DNA of 64,000 nt from Thermostichus sp. DRC_bins_24 (lineage in GTDB: Bacteria > Cyanobacteriota > Cyanobacteriia > Thermostichales > Thermostichaceae). The position numbers and the translations under genes are program-made. Location: NCBI GenBank assembly GCA_039794845.1, contig JAUQVK010000115.1, positions 44,655-108,654 on the forward strand, in the 5' to 3' direction. The notes below the pieces were generated by a model. It saw only the letters and a program-made list of their open reading frames with translations, did not search any database and was not told the DNA's origin. Shown here piece after piece: positions 30,870-41,419 of the stretch. Position 1 is the first letter of the stretch; each line of letters starts with the position of its first letter.

Positions 30870-31283
30870 CTACCATAAAACCTCGACTAATCCCGACTCC
30901 GTAATGTTTTGATCACAAGTTAATACCCTTACCTCTTCACCTCTATCTTGTTCACCTCTATCCTGCAGAGTCAGGGCAACAGCAACAATTTGTCGGTCAT
31001 GCATTTCGTTAATGGACAGCAAACTCAAAGTTTTCTCGACAACGCTCCTTGTCAATGAAAAGATCACCAAGCGGGGATCCGAATCAACAGCTTCCATCAG
31101 CAGGCTTGTTGAAGGAATAGAAGTTTTCCCTTTCTCAACAGTCCAAGCAGCTTCCGCTAAAGCAACCGCAGGCATGACCAATTGACTCAAAGGATTAGAG
31201 AGTACATTCTTGGCATTGTTGCCTAGCTTGGGATTATCCTCCAAGAACCCAATTAGAGTATGAGTATCAACAACATATCTCAT
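30870..31283 (-). CDS. PIN-domain (VapC-like) toxin
   Basis: MRYVVDTHTL, ALAE, EMHDRQIVAVA, VLTCD; AT-richer than its neighbours. Confidence 0.85.
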   Translation of the reverse strand: MRYVVDTHTLIGFLEDNPKLGNNAKNVLSNPLSQLVMPAVALAEAAWTVEKGKTSIPSTSLLMEAVDSDPRLVIFSLTRSVVEKTLSLLSINEMHDRQIVAVALTLQDRGEQDRGEEVRVLTCDQNITESGLVEVLW

Positions 31284-31288
31284 TTCAG

Positions 31289-31528
31289 CTATGACCAATC
31301 CAATCCATCATCAGGATCCCCATGGAACTCGGCCAATTTGAAGTCTTCCTCTGTTGACTTCAAGGTGCCAGCAAACATCCCTAGCGTCATCCTCTGACCT
31401 TGTTTGGCTGAAGAGACCGGCTCAGTCTCCAAAAAAGTAACAATGACCGGACTTTCAGAAATGTCGTCGGGCACTTCCGCCAATTGAATCAAGCCATTTT
31501 TGTAAGTTCCCTTCACCGCTTTTGGCAT
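31289..31528 (-). CDS. Putative antitoxin
   Basis: 79 aa immediately upstream of the PIN gene; N-terminal KAVKGTYKNGLIQL, acidic C-terminus. Confidence 0.75.
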   Translation of the reverse strand: MPKAVKGTYKNGLIQLAEVPDDISESPVIVTFLETEPVSSAKQGQRMTLGMFAGTLKSTEEDFKLAEFHGDPDDGLDWS

Positions 31529-31591
31529 TGATAGATCCTCAACGGGGCAACAAAATCGAAATCAAAATTAACCAATAATACTTCTCACCCT

Positions 31592-33436
31592 CTAAGCCAA
31601 CCCCAACCCAGGAGCCCGCATCAGCCAGGCCACCACCAGTACCACCCCGATCAAAATCAGCAGCACGTACAACTGCATCCGCCCCGACAAGGTGTATTTC
31701 AAGGTTTCGCCACCAAACAAGAAGGCCAAGCTCACCCCATTCACCAAACCATCCACCCAGTTGCGGTCGATCCATTCCAACCCCCGCGAGAGGGCACTGA
31801 TGGGCTGCACCACCAGGGCTTGATACAGTCGCCCCGTGTAAAAGTCGTAGGCTAATAGAGCTTGCACCTCCGGCCAGGGGAGACGGAGCATCCGTTTGCC
31901 TCCCCAGTACAGCCAGCCGCCCACACCCGCTCCCACCGCACCCGAGAGAACCAGCAAGGCTGCCATCAGCTTTAACCTGGGGATCCACCCCGGATAGAGC
32001 TGCCAGTGCCAGAGCAGCCAGGGCATCAGCAGGGTTTGCACCGCCAGGATCCCCATCGGCAAAGCCATCAACCAGCCCACTTCCGGTGCCCGGCGGGTTT
32101 TGGGTTGTACGGATCCCTGAAACACCAAGCCAAACACCCGCATCATGTTCAAGGCGGTGAGGCCATTCACCAACAGCAGCACCCCCACCAAGGCCGGTTG
32201 CAAGACGCTGTAGACCAAAGCCAATCGCGCCATCGTCCAAAAGCAGCCCAGCGGCAACAGGGCCACCATCCCCAGGGAGCCCACCGCGAAGGCCGTTACC
32301 GTAGCCGGCATGCGGCTGCGCAACCCCCCCAATTCTGTTAGGTTCTGGGTGGCGGTGGTGTAGATGATGGATCCCACCCCCGTAAACAGCAGCGCCTTGG
32401 CCAGGCCGTGCATCAGCAACAGTTCCAAGGCCAGATCCGGTTGTTGCATCCCCACCGCCACAAACACCAACCCCAGGTAGGCACTTGTGGAATAGGAGAA
32501 GGTGCGTTTGATGTCAATTTGCGCCAAGGCTACCAGGGATCCGCCAATCGCCGTGATCGTACCGATGGTTACCAAAAAGCCATCGGTAATCGGCGAGAGG
32601 GCCAAGAGCGGCTGTAGCTTAATCAGCACAAAAGCGCCGCAGGCCACCACCACCGAGTTGCGCATAATCGAAGCGGGGTTCGGCCCCTCCATCGCCTCAT
32701 CGAGCCACAGGTGCAGGGGAAACTGGGCGCATTTGCCTACCGGCCCTGCCATTAAGGCCAGTCCCATCAAAGCGGCCCAGGTGGGATCCAAACTGGCCGT
32801 CGCCGCCCAATCCCGCAGATTGGAAAACGTCAAAGCCCCGGAAAAATTAGAAACCGCCACCACCCCCATCAGCAGCAACAGATCCCCCACCCGCTTGGTT
32901 AAAAAGGCATCCCGCGCCGCCGTGACCACCAAAGGCTGGGCATACCAAAAGCCCACCAGCAAATAGGTGGAGAGGGTGAGCATCTCCAGCAGGGCGTAGC
33001 TCAAAAACAGCGAATCGCTGATGGCAATGCCCGTCAGGGCCCCCTCAAAAAAGCCCATCAAGGCCGAGAAACGCCCCAGTCCCCAGTCCTTATCCAAGTA
33101 GCCAAGGGCGTAGATCTGGGCCAACAAACTGAGGCCGCTAATCCACACCACTGCCCCCATGGTGATGGGAGAAATTTCCAGCGACAAAGACAAATCCAGA
33201 TCCGCCACCCGAAACCAGGGATAGTCCACGATGTAGGGGGCGTGCCCCCACACCTGTCGCAGCACCAGAACTCCGTGAACCAAAGCCACCAAAGTGAGCA
33301 AAATATTGATGTAGGCCGCCGGACGGGGGCCGCTGCGTCTCACCCACCCTGTTGCCCAAGGAATGGCCAAGGCCGCCCCCGCCAACCCGTAGCAGGGGAT
33401 CCACCAACTGCTTTCCAACAAAACACGATTTAACAT
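31592..33436 (-). CDS. ndhF4: NDH-1 subunit 5, CO2-uptake type
   Basis: RRSGPRPAAY, GKCAQFPLHLWLDEAMEGPNPAS; clustered with ndhD4 and cupB. Confidence 0.88.
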   Translation of the reverse strand: MLNRVLLESSWWIPCYGLAGAALAIPWATGWVRRSGPRPAAYINILLTLVALVHGVLVLRQVWGHAPYIVDYPWFRVADLDLSLSLEISPITMGAVVWISGLSLLAQIYALGYLDKDWGLGRFSALMGFFEGALTGIAISDSLFLSYALLEMLTLSTYLLVGFWYAQPLVVTAARDAFLTKRVGDLLLLMGVVAVSNFSGALTFSNLRDWAATASLDPTWAALMGLALMAGPVGKCAQFPLHLWLDEAMEGPNPASIMRNSVVVACGAFVLIKLQPLLALSPITDGFLVTIGTITAIGGSLVALAQIDIKRTFSYSTSAYLGLVFVAVGMQQPDLALELLLMHGLAKALLFTGVGSIIYTTATQNLTELGGLRSRMPATVTAFAVGSLGMVALLPLGCFWTMARLALVYSVLQPALVGVLLLVNGLTALNMMRVFGLVFQGSVQPKTRRAPEVGWLMALPMGILAVQTLLMPWLLWHWQLYPGWIPRLKLMAALLVLSGAVGAGVGGWLYWGGKRMLRLPWPEVQALLAYDFYTGRLYQALVVQPISALSRGLEWIDRNWVDGLVNGVSLAFLFGGETLKYTLSGRMQLYVLLILIGVVLVVAWLMRAPGLGLA

Positions 33437-33536
33437 TCGCTTGTTCAGAATTTTTTATGTTAATTGGGCCACTATTTTGATCACTTTCGATCACTATATA
33501 CCTTGTTCTGGTGTCCTCAAAATGGGGTCGGATTCC

Positions 33537-34772
33537 TCAGGCAGGGCTAACCCAAGTTTGGATTTGCGCAGCAATACGCTGGGCAGCGCCAGGGGATCCC
33601 ATCCGTTGTCGTCCATGGGCTTGCAGGTGAGCCGTGTAGGTGGGATCGGTGGCCAAGCGCTCTAGAAGTTGCTGAAGAATAGCCGGGGCTTGGTGCACGA
33701 CCGTGAGGTAAATTGCGCATCCCAGGAGGCGGGTTTGGGCTTCGGCAAAGCGGGGGGTAAATTGCGGCCCCTCCCCCGGCAGCGTGATCACGGGTTTACC
33801 CAGGCCCACGCATTGTTCCGTGGCGGTTCCGGCCATGGCCAGCACCACCGTTGCCCGTTGGACACAAGCGCCGAAGTCCCCCCAGATAAGGAGTACATCG
33901 CGGCGTTGCGGCGGGATCCGGGCCTGGAGTTGGGCGGGCTCCAGGTTGGGGCTGAGGGCGGCATAGACCTGAATTTCGGGTGGGATCTTTTGCACCACCT
34001 GCATCATCAAGGCCCAGTTGCGGTAGGCTTCCGGCGGACGGGATCCAGGCAGCAGCAACAGCGCTGGTCGTTCCGGATCCAAAGGCAGTTGCGTGGGGGA
34101 CTCAAGCCCATCCATCATCGGGTTACCCAGGTAAAAGGCCTTCAGCCCCCGTTTTTGTAGAGCCGTCGCCGTCAGTTCATCCCGGAGAAAAGATCCCCGA
34201 CAGCGCTCTCGCCCCATCAACCAGCGCTCCCAGGGCAAATAATCGGAAACCGGCTCCACAAACGGGATCCGACTCGGGCGATAGGGGCCCGCTTCATCCC
34301 GCCAGTAGTAATCCGACTTGGCGGTGCCCACAAACCCATAGGGGATGCCGCTCCACCAAGCCATCAGCAAGGGCACAATGTCCCCTACCGCCAGCATCAG
34401 ATCCGTCTGGGGGGCTGCTTTCCGGATCACGGCCAGCTGTCGCCCCGTCAACCCCAGCAGTCCACCCCGCACATCTCGCCACAGTTGCCGCCAATCTTGA
34501 TAGATAAACCCCCCCGAAGGCATGACCTGAGGGGTGGCCAAAATCGGGATCCCTTGGCGTAGATAGGCTTTCCCTTCCCCCACAATCGGCAGGGCCCGCA
34601 CTTGGATCCCCAGTTGCGTAAGGGCCAGAGCAATCCGAGCAGCCACTTCATCTTCTCCATGTCCGTTGCTCAGACACAGCACCCGCGGCGGGTTAAATCG
34701 GGAGCGGGAATGGTTAGGCAGGGATCCCACAGAACACCAAGAATCTCCTCTTAAAATAGAGCCAATCCACAA
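33537..34772 (-). CDS. Lipid-A-disaccharide synthase-related glycosyltransferase-fold protein
   Basis: CLSNGHGED, MPSGGF, GTAKSDYY, LLPGSR, AGTATEQ; start uncertain. Confidence 0.8.
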   Translation of the reverse strand: MWIGSILRGDSWCSVGSLPNHSRSRFNPPRVLCLSNGHGEDEVAARIALALTQLGIQVRALPIVGEGKAYLRQGIPILATPQVMPSGGFIYQDWRQLWRDVRGGLLGLTGRQLAVIRKAAPQTDLMLAVGDIVPLLMAWWSGIPYGFVGTAKSDYYWRDEAGPYRPSRIPFVEPVSDYLPWERWLMGRERCRGSFLRDELTATALQKRGLKAFYLGNPMMDGLESPTQLPLDPERPALLLLPGSRPPEAYRNWALMMQVVQKIPPEIQVYAALSPNLEPAQLQARIPPQRRDVLLIWGDFGACVQRATVVLAMAGTATEQCVGLGKPVITLPGEGPQFTPRFAEAQTRLLGCAIYLTVVHQAPAILQQLLERLATDPTYTAHLQAHGRQRMGSPGAAQRIAAQIQTWVSPA

Positions 34773-34797
34773 CCCATCCGAGAGCGGAACCGAGGAG

Positions 34798-35136
34798 ATG
34801 ATCCGGAATGAGCGACAACGGGCCGAGTTTATCGCGGCAGTAGAAACCCTCCAATTGGAAGGCCCCTATTTTGTGGAAGAACGCCTCACCCGCCATCGCG
34901 GCCCTTTTCTGCGGGCGGTGAAGGATGTGCCCGTAGGGGGAACCTGGTGGGAGATTCGCTACTTTCCCGATTGTGAGCGCTACGCCTGGGCCTATTTGCC
35001 GGAACAGCCCAGCCCGCGAGAATTTGCCTGGGGACACACTTTGGAACAGGCGTTTCTCAACGCGTTGTTTCAGCAGCCGGAGTCTTCCCCCCTCAGCCTG
35101 GCAGAAAATCGGGAAAACCAATCCGATTTACAGTGA
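34798..35136 (+). CDS. Hypothetical protein (112 aa)
   Basis: Fills the gap between two genes; protein-like composition; no recognisable motif. Confidence 0.6.
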   Translation: MIRNERQRAEFIAAVETLQLEGPYFVEERLTRHRGPFLRAVKDVPVGGTWWEIRYFPDCERYAWAYLPEQPSPREFAWGHTLEQAFLNALFQQPESSPLSLAENRENQSDLQ

Positions 35137-35244
35137 AAAAGGAGGGATCCCAGGCGGATTCAGTTAGCTTGCAGTCCCAACCCGCGCTCCTCGGACGGAT
35201 CCCCCGTGGGGTTGTGCGGAGCAGTAAAAGGAGTTTTCATCACC

Positions 35245-36468
35245 ATGACCAGTCGCCTGCGCATCGGTAACCTGTGGGGGATCCCGTTCTTCATCGACTA
35301 CACCTGGTTCCCGGTAGCCCTCCTGCTCATGCTCTCCTACGGGGTACCGACCGCTTTGGGGTTGTTCTTTTCTATACTGGCTCACGAGCTGGCCCACAGC
35401 CTGGTGGCCCGCGCCCACGGGGTACGAGTTAGCTCCATCACCCTGTTCATTTTCGGGGGGATGGCCGCGATCGAGCGAGAAGTTCCCCATCCCCTCGGTG
35501 CTTTTTGGGTGGCGGTGGCAGGTCCTCTTCTCAGCCTGGGTCTGTTTGGCCTTTTCAGCGCGGCACTGGCTTGGACTGCACCGGAGTCGATGCTGGCCTC
35601 AACCCTAACCCGTTTGGCCGCCATCAACTTGACCATCGGCCTGTTCAACCTGCTGCCGGGGCTACCCTTGGATGGAGGGCAAATCCTGAAGGCAGCCATT
35701 TGGGGTTGGACCGGGGATCGGCAACAGGGCATGATCTGGGCGGCGCGGGTGGGGCAACTCGTCGGCTTCGGCCTGCTGGGGTTGGGGTTGCTGGTGGTAT
35801 TTGCCGGCAGCCTGAATGGGTTGTGGCTGGGGTTGATCGGGTTGTTTATTTTGAACAATGCCCGCCGTTACAGCCAGTACGCTCAGCTGCAGCAGGTGCT
35901 GGGGCGACTGAAAGCCGGAGAGGTGATGACCCGTCATTTTCGGGTTTTGGATGCGGGCATGAGCCTGCGGGAGTTTGTGGATCGCTACGTGGTACCCTCC
36001 TCTCTAAAATCGGAAGCAGAGGGAGGGGCCCACCCGGAAGCGGAGGTTTATTTTGCCGAAGAAGATGGCCGCTATCGGGGTTTGGTGCGGCCGGAGTTGC
36101 TCAACGATATCGAACGCAGCCAATGGGATCACCTCACCCTCAAGGCGATTTTGAAGCCGATGGAGCAGCTGCAGGGGGTACGAGAGGAAACCCCTATCCC
36201 TCAGGTGATTCAAATGATGCGCCAGTCGGAACCGCGCCAAGTCCTAGTGTTCACGCCCACCGGAGCGGTTGCGGGGCTGATCGATCGGGGAGATGTGGTG
36301 GCCGTAGCTGCCCGCCGGTTGGGGGTGATGTTGCCGCAGGAGGTGGTGCAGCGCATTCGAGACAGCCAAGAGTGGCCCCCCGGATTCCAATCGGAAGAAA
36401 GCTTGTCCGGCGAGGGATCCCCCGGCCTGTCTTTGCAGGGATCCCCCGATCTTCAGGGCAAGCCCTAG
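35245..36468 (+). CDS. Site-2 (M50) zinc metalloprotease with CBS domains
   Basis: HELAH, FNLLPGLPLDGG, C-terminal CBS-like pair; RBS AAGGAG. Confidence 0.92.
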   Translation: MTSRLRIGNLWGIPFFIDYTWFPVALLLMLSYGVPTALGLFFSILAHELAHSLVARAHGVRVSSITLFIFGGMAAIEREVPHPLGAFWVAVAGPLLSLGLFGLFSAALAWTAPESMLASTLTRLAAINLTIGLFNLLPGLPLDGGQILKAAIWGWTGDRQQGMIWAARVGQLVGFGLLGLGLLVVFAGSLNGLWLGLIGLFILNNARRYSQYAQLQQVLGRLKAGEVMTRHFRVLDAGMSLREFVDRYVVPSSLKSEAEGGAHPEAEVYFAEEDGRYRGLVRPELLNDIERSQWDHLTLKAILKPMEQLQGVREETPIPQVIQMMRQSEPRQVLVFTPTGAVAGLIDRGDVVAVAARRLGVMLPQEVVQRIRDSQEWPPGFQSEESLSGEGSPGLSLQGSPDLQGKP

Positions 36469-36598
36469 CGGGAGGCGAGAGAGGGCCAGCAGCCCCACAC
36501 CGAGCGCCCCTGATTACCGGATCAAAAGTGATCGCAACTACGTCCCCAGGGGTCACTCCCTGTCTACAATTAAGAGTGTTCTTCATCAGTTAAGAATT

Positions 36599-37903
36599 TT
36601 GAATCGCTCCCCTCGCCTTTTGCCTGCCCACACCCACCGCCTGAGCAATGGGTTAGGCGTTATTCTCCACCCCATCCCGATCACCGATTCTGTTACCGTC
36701 GACATTTGGGTACAGACCGGCGGACGCAACGAACCCCTCGAGTGGTTAGGGATGTCTCACTTTCTGGAACATATGGTGTTTAAGGGCAGCGATCGACTGG
36801 CCCCCGGTGAGCTGGATCGAGCGATCGAAGGGCGGGGGGGAGTTACCAATGCTGCCACCAGCCAAGATTACACCCACTACTACATCACGGTTGCTGCTGC
36901 TGACTTGCCGGATAGCTTGCCCTACTTGGCGGAGGTGGTTCTACGCCCCGGGATCCCTGCCGATGAATTTGAGCGGGAGCGTCAGGTGGTTTTGGAGGAA
37001 ATTCGCCGCGCCGCCGATAACCCCGACTACAACGCTTATCAGCTGCTGATGCAAACCGCCTATGCCGAGCATCCCTACGGGCGACCGGTGTTGGGCACCC
37101 CCGAAAGTCTGATGGTGCTAACCCCGGAACTGATGCGCACCTACCATCAAAGCTGGTACCGACCCGACCAGATGACGGTGGTGGTGACCGGGGGCATCGA
37201 TCCGGAACGCGCTCTGGCGCTGGTGGAAGAACAATTGGGCGGCTCTGCTTATGGGGAAAAGCTAGCAAGCCCTGGAGTTCCCCAACAACCCCGTCCCCAA
37301 GGGATCCTGCGCCGAGAGAGCACCCATGGGCGGTTGGAACAAGCCCGTTTGATGCTGGCTTGGCCGACGGTGAGCGCCGACGCTTGGCAGCAAGCCTGTG
37401 GTTTGGAGGTGTTGGCTTCCATTCTCGGCGATGGGCGAACCTCACGGCTGGTGCATTTGCTGCGGGAACAGCGGGGCTGGGTGAGGGGGATTGGCTGTTC
37501 TTCCATGGTGCTGAAGGAGGGGGGCCTTTTCTGCGTCAGCGCCCACATGGATCCGGAGCATTTGCCGCGGGTGGAGGCGACGATCCTGCGCGAGATCGAG
37601 AAGTTGCAGCAGGATGGCATCGGCCAAGCGGAGTTGGATCGCACCCGGCGCATTCTCACCCACGAGTTTCTCTTCTCCGCCGAGTCCCCCAGCCAGCTAG
37701 CGGGTATTTACGGCTACTACGAAACCATGGGTGGGGTAGAGCGCATCCAGGAGTACTTGGAGCTGTTGCAATCTTTCACCCCAGCTCAGGTACGGGAATT
37801 GGCCCAGCAATACCTGTCTCCCGAGGCTTACGTGGTGACCACCCTCAAGCCTGACGCCCTCGACTCGGCTACTCCCCCCGAGCTGCAACTGGCCTATCGT
37901 TAA
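36599..37903 (+). CDS. M16-family peptidase, catalytic subunit
   Basis: HFLEH (HXXEH), NAATSQDYT, VVLEE; TTG start. Confidence 0.92.
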   Translation: MNRSPRLLPAHTHRLSNGLGVILHPIPITDSVTVDIWVQTGGRNEPLEWLGMSHFLEHMVFKGSDRLAPGELDRAIEGRGGVTNAATSQDYTHYYITVAAADLPDSLPYLAEVVLRPGIPADEFERERQVVLEEIRRAADNPDYNAYQLLMQTAYAEHPYGRPVLGTPESLMVLTPELMRTYHQSWYRPDQMTVVVTGGIDPERALALVEEQLGGSAYGEKLASPGVPQQPRPQGILRRESTHGRLEQARLMLAWPTVSADAWQQACGLEVLASILGDGRTSRLVHLLREQRGWVRGIGCSSMVLKEGGLFCVSAHMDPEHLPRVEATILREIEKLQQDGIGQAELDRTRRILTHEFLFSAESPSQLAGIYGYYETMGGVERIQEYLELLQSFTPAQVRELAQQYLSPEAYVVTTLKPDALDSATPPELQLAYR

Positions 37904-37952
37904 GCCCCTCTTCCTGACGGGATCCCTTTTTTGTTTTTTGGCTTCTTTATTC

Positions 37953-39242
37953 ATGACCTCCGCCCTTCCTGCCACCCAGCGTGGTCATTTACAGCGTGTC
38001 CTCTTGGCCAATGGTGCCACCCTGCTGTTGGGCCAAAATCCGACTGTGGATATCTTGGCGGCCCACTGTTTTTTCCGAGGTGGCAGCCGCGTGGAGCGCC
38101 GTGATCAGGCGGGGATAAGCAACTTGATGGCTGCCGTCCTGACCAAGGGTACCCAGCAGCGGGATTCCCAAGCCATTGCCGCCTGGGTGGAATCTTTGGG
38201 GGCTTCCCTGTCGGTTGATAGCTCCTCCGACTACTTTGAGGTTAGCCTGCGATGCGTGTCTGGGGACTTCCCTGAGCTGCTGGGATTGCTCTCGGAGATT
38301 TTGCAGGAGCCCAGCTTTCCGGAAGCAGAGGTGGCACGGGAACAGGCCCTAATGTTGCAATCGATTCGTGCTCAACAGGAACGGCCCTTCAGCCTGGCAT
38401 TTGATCAGGTGCGGCAGGCTCTCTACGGGGATCATCCCTATGCGCTGCCGGGGGTAGGACGGCTGGAGACGGTGGGATCCCTCAGCCGTGAGGATTTGGT
38501 TGCCTATCATGCCACCTATTGTCGTCCAGACCGGATGGTGATGGTGGTGATCGGCCCCGAGCCCACCCAACAGATGGCCGCCGACATCGAAGCAGCTTTC
38601 TCCGGTTGGGTTACCCCCCCTCAGGCAGGGTTGGATCCGGTCCTTGCTTTGTCTCCTCTTGAGCAACCCAAGTTGCTGAAGCTGCCCCAATCCACCCAAC
38701 AAACGACAATCATGATCGGCTTTCAGGGGTCTGCTGCTGGATCCACCGACTATGCCGCCCTGAAGTTGCTTTGTACTTACCTGGGCAACGGTCTTTCCAG
38801 CCGCCTGTTTGTAGAGCTGCGCGAGCGCTGTGGGTTGGCCTATGAAGTCTCGGCTTTCTTTGCCACCCGTCGGGATCCTGCCCCTTTTGTAACCTACATG
38901 GGCACCGCCTCCGAGAATACCGAAGTGGCTCTAGATCGGTTGCAAGCGGAGATCCAACGCTTGCATACCCATCTCCTGAGCGAGGAAGAAGTGGAAATGG
39001 CCCAGCGCAAGCTGTTGGGCCAATACGCCCTCAGCAAACAAACCAATGCGCAAGTGGCGCAGCTGGCGGGCTGGTACGAAATTTTGGGCCTAGGGATGGA
39101 GTTCGACCGGCAGTATTTGCAGAGGGTCAGGCACCTCACCCCGGAACACCTGCATCAAGCCGTACAAACTTACCTGGTCACCCCGGTGATCGCCTTGGTG
39201 GGGCCGGAAGCCGCCTTGGGGGAAGTTGAGCTGGTGCTTTAA
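37953..39242 (+). CDS. M16-family peptidase, non-catalytic partner subunit
   Basis: No HXXEH; SSRLFVELRERCGLAY supplies the R/Y pair. Confidence 0.9.
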   Translation: MTSALPATQRGHLQRVLLANGATLLLGQNPTVDILAAHCFFRGGSRVERRDQAGISNLMAAVLTKGTQQRDSQAIAAWVESLGASLSVDSSSDYFEVSLRCVSGDFPELLGLLSEILQEPSFPEAEVAREQALMLQSIRAQQERPFSLAFDQVRQALYGDHPYALPGVGRLETVGSLSREDLVAYHATYCRPDRMVMVVIGPEPTQQMAADIEAAFSGWVTPPQAGLDPVLALSPLEQPKLLKLPQSTQQTTIMIGFQGSAAGSTDYAALKLLCTYLGNGLSSRLFVELRERCGLAYEVSAFFATRRDPAPFVTYMGTASENTEVALDRLQAEIQRLHTHLLSEEEVEMAQRKLLGQYALSKQTNAQVAQLAGWYEILGLGMEFDRQYLQRVRHLTPEHLHQAVQTYLVTPVIALVGPEAALGEVELVL

Positions 39243-39313
39243 GTCATGGCTCGGACGGGTTCAACACAGTCCTCGGAATCGATGGTGTAGACCGGGATCC
39301 CCGAGCTGCTGGG

Positions 39314-40984
39314 CTATTGTTCCGCCAAAACCACTTGGTTTCGCCCCTGATGCTTGGCACGATAGAGGGCCTTGTCCGCCGCTATCTTTAGGGATCCCAC
39401 GTCCGGAAAGGTCGGGTAGACGGCGATCCCACAGCTGAAGGTGACAGAAAACTCTTCGTCCTCCGCCTGTTGGCGAATTTGGGCAAAACGTTGGCGAATA
39501 TCGTTCAAAATCTTGCATGCTGCAGCGCCATCGGTATCGGGAAGGATGACGGCAAACTCTTCTCCCCCATAGCGGCCAATCGTATCGGTACGGCGCAGGC
39601 GCTGTTGCAACAGGCGAGACAGGCTCTTGATCACCCGATCCCCGGCGGCATGGCCATAGGTATCGTTCACGGATTTGAAATGATCCAAATCCAGCATGGC
39701 AAAGGCCAAACTGCTCTGGGCACGCTCCGCTCGCAGAGTTTCCTGCACCAACTGTTCTTTGGTGGTGGTGTGGTTGAGCAGTCCCGTCAGGCTGTCGGTG
39801 GCCATCAGAGAACGCAGGGTTCTGGCCCGCTGAGCCCGCGAGTAAACTGCCATGATCAGTTGCTCCGGCTGGATCGGCTTGGTGAGGAATTCATCCCCCC
39901 CCCCAAGGCTCACGGCATTTAGCTGTTTGTTCTGGTCGGTTTCAGTCGAGAGAAAAACAATCGGGATCCCTACATAAGCAGGCTGCTGTCGGATCACCGC
40001 CCCTAACTCCAGGCCGCTGCAATAGGGCATGTACACATCCATCAGGATCAGATCTGGATTAAACTCCGACAGCACCGGAATCAAATCGAAGGGATCCGTC
40101 ACCACCTGAGTGACCATGCCGGTGTGCTGCAAAATCAGGGAATAGTAGATGGCCGGATAAGATTCATCGTCGACAATCAAGATGCGGTAGGCTTCTTGGG
40201 GACGAGCGGTGGTAAGCTCATCCAACTTATCCACCAAACTGGGCACATTCACCGGCTTGGTGAAATAGGCTTTTCCACCGGCACGGGCGGCTTCTAGGCG
40301 GGCGGTTAAATCCTCGCGCACCGACATAAACACCACCGGGGGAACGGCGGATCCCAGTTGCTTGCGCAAAGCCGTTATCACTTCAATGCCAGCGGAGTCC
40401 CCTTCTGCAAAGGTGATATCCGTCAGGATGGCAGCAGGCGGTTGCCGCAACACTGCTTCTTTGAGGTCAGCACTGTTGTCGAAACAAACCACGTCATAGC
40501 CGAAATAGCCAATTTGCAGGGCCAAGTCCTCTGTCAAGGCTTGGTCGTCATCTGCCAGATAAATCAGGTGACTGTCTCCTGTGTTGGGGAGAGAATTGTG
40601 GGAAGGAATCAGCGCCGTTAACTCTGGCAGATTTTGTTCCGGCTCGTGGATCGCTTGGCGCAAAGAGGCCAACAGAGCGTGGACTTGAATCCGTTGCAGG
40701 GCGATGGGGGGATTCCCGGTTTCCAGGATCGAGGTGAGCAAAATTTCCAGCGTCCGGGCAATTGTGCCCAGGTAGGTGAAGCCAAAAGTAGCACCTGAAC
40801 CGGCCAAACTGTGCACCATGCGGTGCAGAGCCCGTAGCGTCTCTAGGTTCCAGTCATCCCGCACCAACCGATCCCAGGACTGCTCGATTTGCACCACCCG
40901 TTCCCCGATCTTCTCGGCATAGGCAGCCCGCAGCGCCTGCATTTGTTCTTGAATTCGGCTGGGGGTGGCAGGGGAGCTAGGCAT
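39314..40984 (-). CDS. Hpt-REC-REC-GGDEF diguanylate cyclase
   Basis: HSLAGSGATFG (Hpt), two receiver domains, RRTD I-site and GGEEF. Confidence 0.92.
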   Translation of the reverse strand: MPSSPATPSRIQEQMQALRAAYAEKIGERVVQIEQSWDRLVRDDWNLETLRALHRMVHSLAGSGATFGFTYLGTIARTLEILLTSILETGNPPIALQRIQVHALLASLRQAIHEPEQNLPELTALIPSHNSLPNTGDSHLIYLADDDQALTEDLALQIGYFGYDVVCFDNSADLKEAVLRQPPAAILTDITFAEGDSAGIEVITALRKQLGSAVPPVVFMSVREDLTARLEAARAGGKAYFTKPVNVPSLVDKLDELTTARPQEAYRILIVDDESYPAIYYSLILQHTGMVTQVVTDPFDLIPVLSEFNPDLILMDVYMPYCSGLELGAVIRQQPAYVGIPIVFLSTETDQNKQLNAVSLGGGDEFLTKPIQPEQLIMAVYSRAQRARTLRSLMATDSLTGLLNHTTTKEQLVQETLRAERAQSSLAFAMLDLDHFKSVNDTYGHAAGDRVIKSLSRLLQQRLRRTDTIGRYGGEEFAVILPDTDGAAACKILNDIRQRFAQIRQQAEDEEFSVTFSCGIAVYPTFPDVGSLKIAADKALYRAKHQGRNQVVLAEQ

Positions 40985-41366
40985 GGTAAGTTGCCCAGAT
41001 GCTGTGAAGGGTGCTGGACAGGCTCATGGGGTCGAAGGGCTTAGAAATCACATCCACAGCCCCCAGTTGCTTGTAGCTTTCCACCTCATGGGTTTGAACT
41101 TTAGCTGTCATAAAGATAACTGGGGTATCCCGTAAAAATGACAATTGCCGCAAGGCTTTTAGGGTCGTCGGCCCGTCCATCACCGGCATCATCACATCCA
41201 GCAGAATCAAGTCGGGCGCAAAGTCAACCGCCTGCTCCAGAGCTTCTTTGCCGGAGCTGCAGATCCCCACCGTGAAGCCCCCCACCGCCTCCAAGGCCAA
41301 GCGAGCCACCGCCTGAATATCAGGGTCATCCTCCACCAAAAGAATGCGTTGCAACGAGGCTGCCAT
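40977..41366 (-). CDS. Single-domain response regulator
   Basis: LLVEDD, LLDVMMP, FMTAK, KPF. Confidence 0.95.
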   Translation of the reverse strand: MAASLQRILLVEDDPDIQAVARLALEAVGGFTVGICSSGKEALEQAVDFAPDLILLDVMMPVMDGPTTLKALRQLSFLRDTPVIFMTAKVQTHEVESYKQLGAVDVISKPFDPMSLSSTLHSIWATYHA

Positions 41367-41419
41367 GGCAAAAAGGGGAGAGGAACGGATACTTCAGTAA
41401 TCTAGGTGATAATTCTAAC

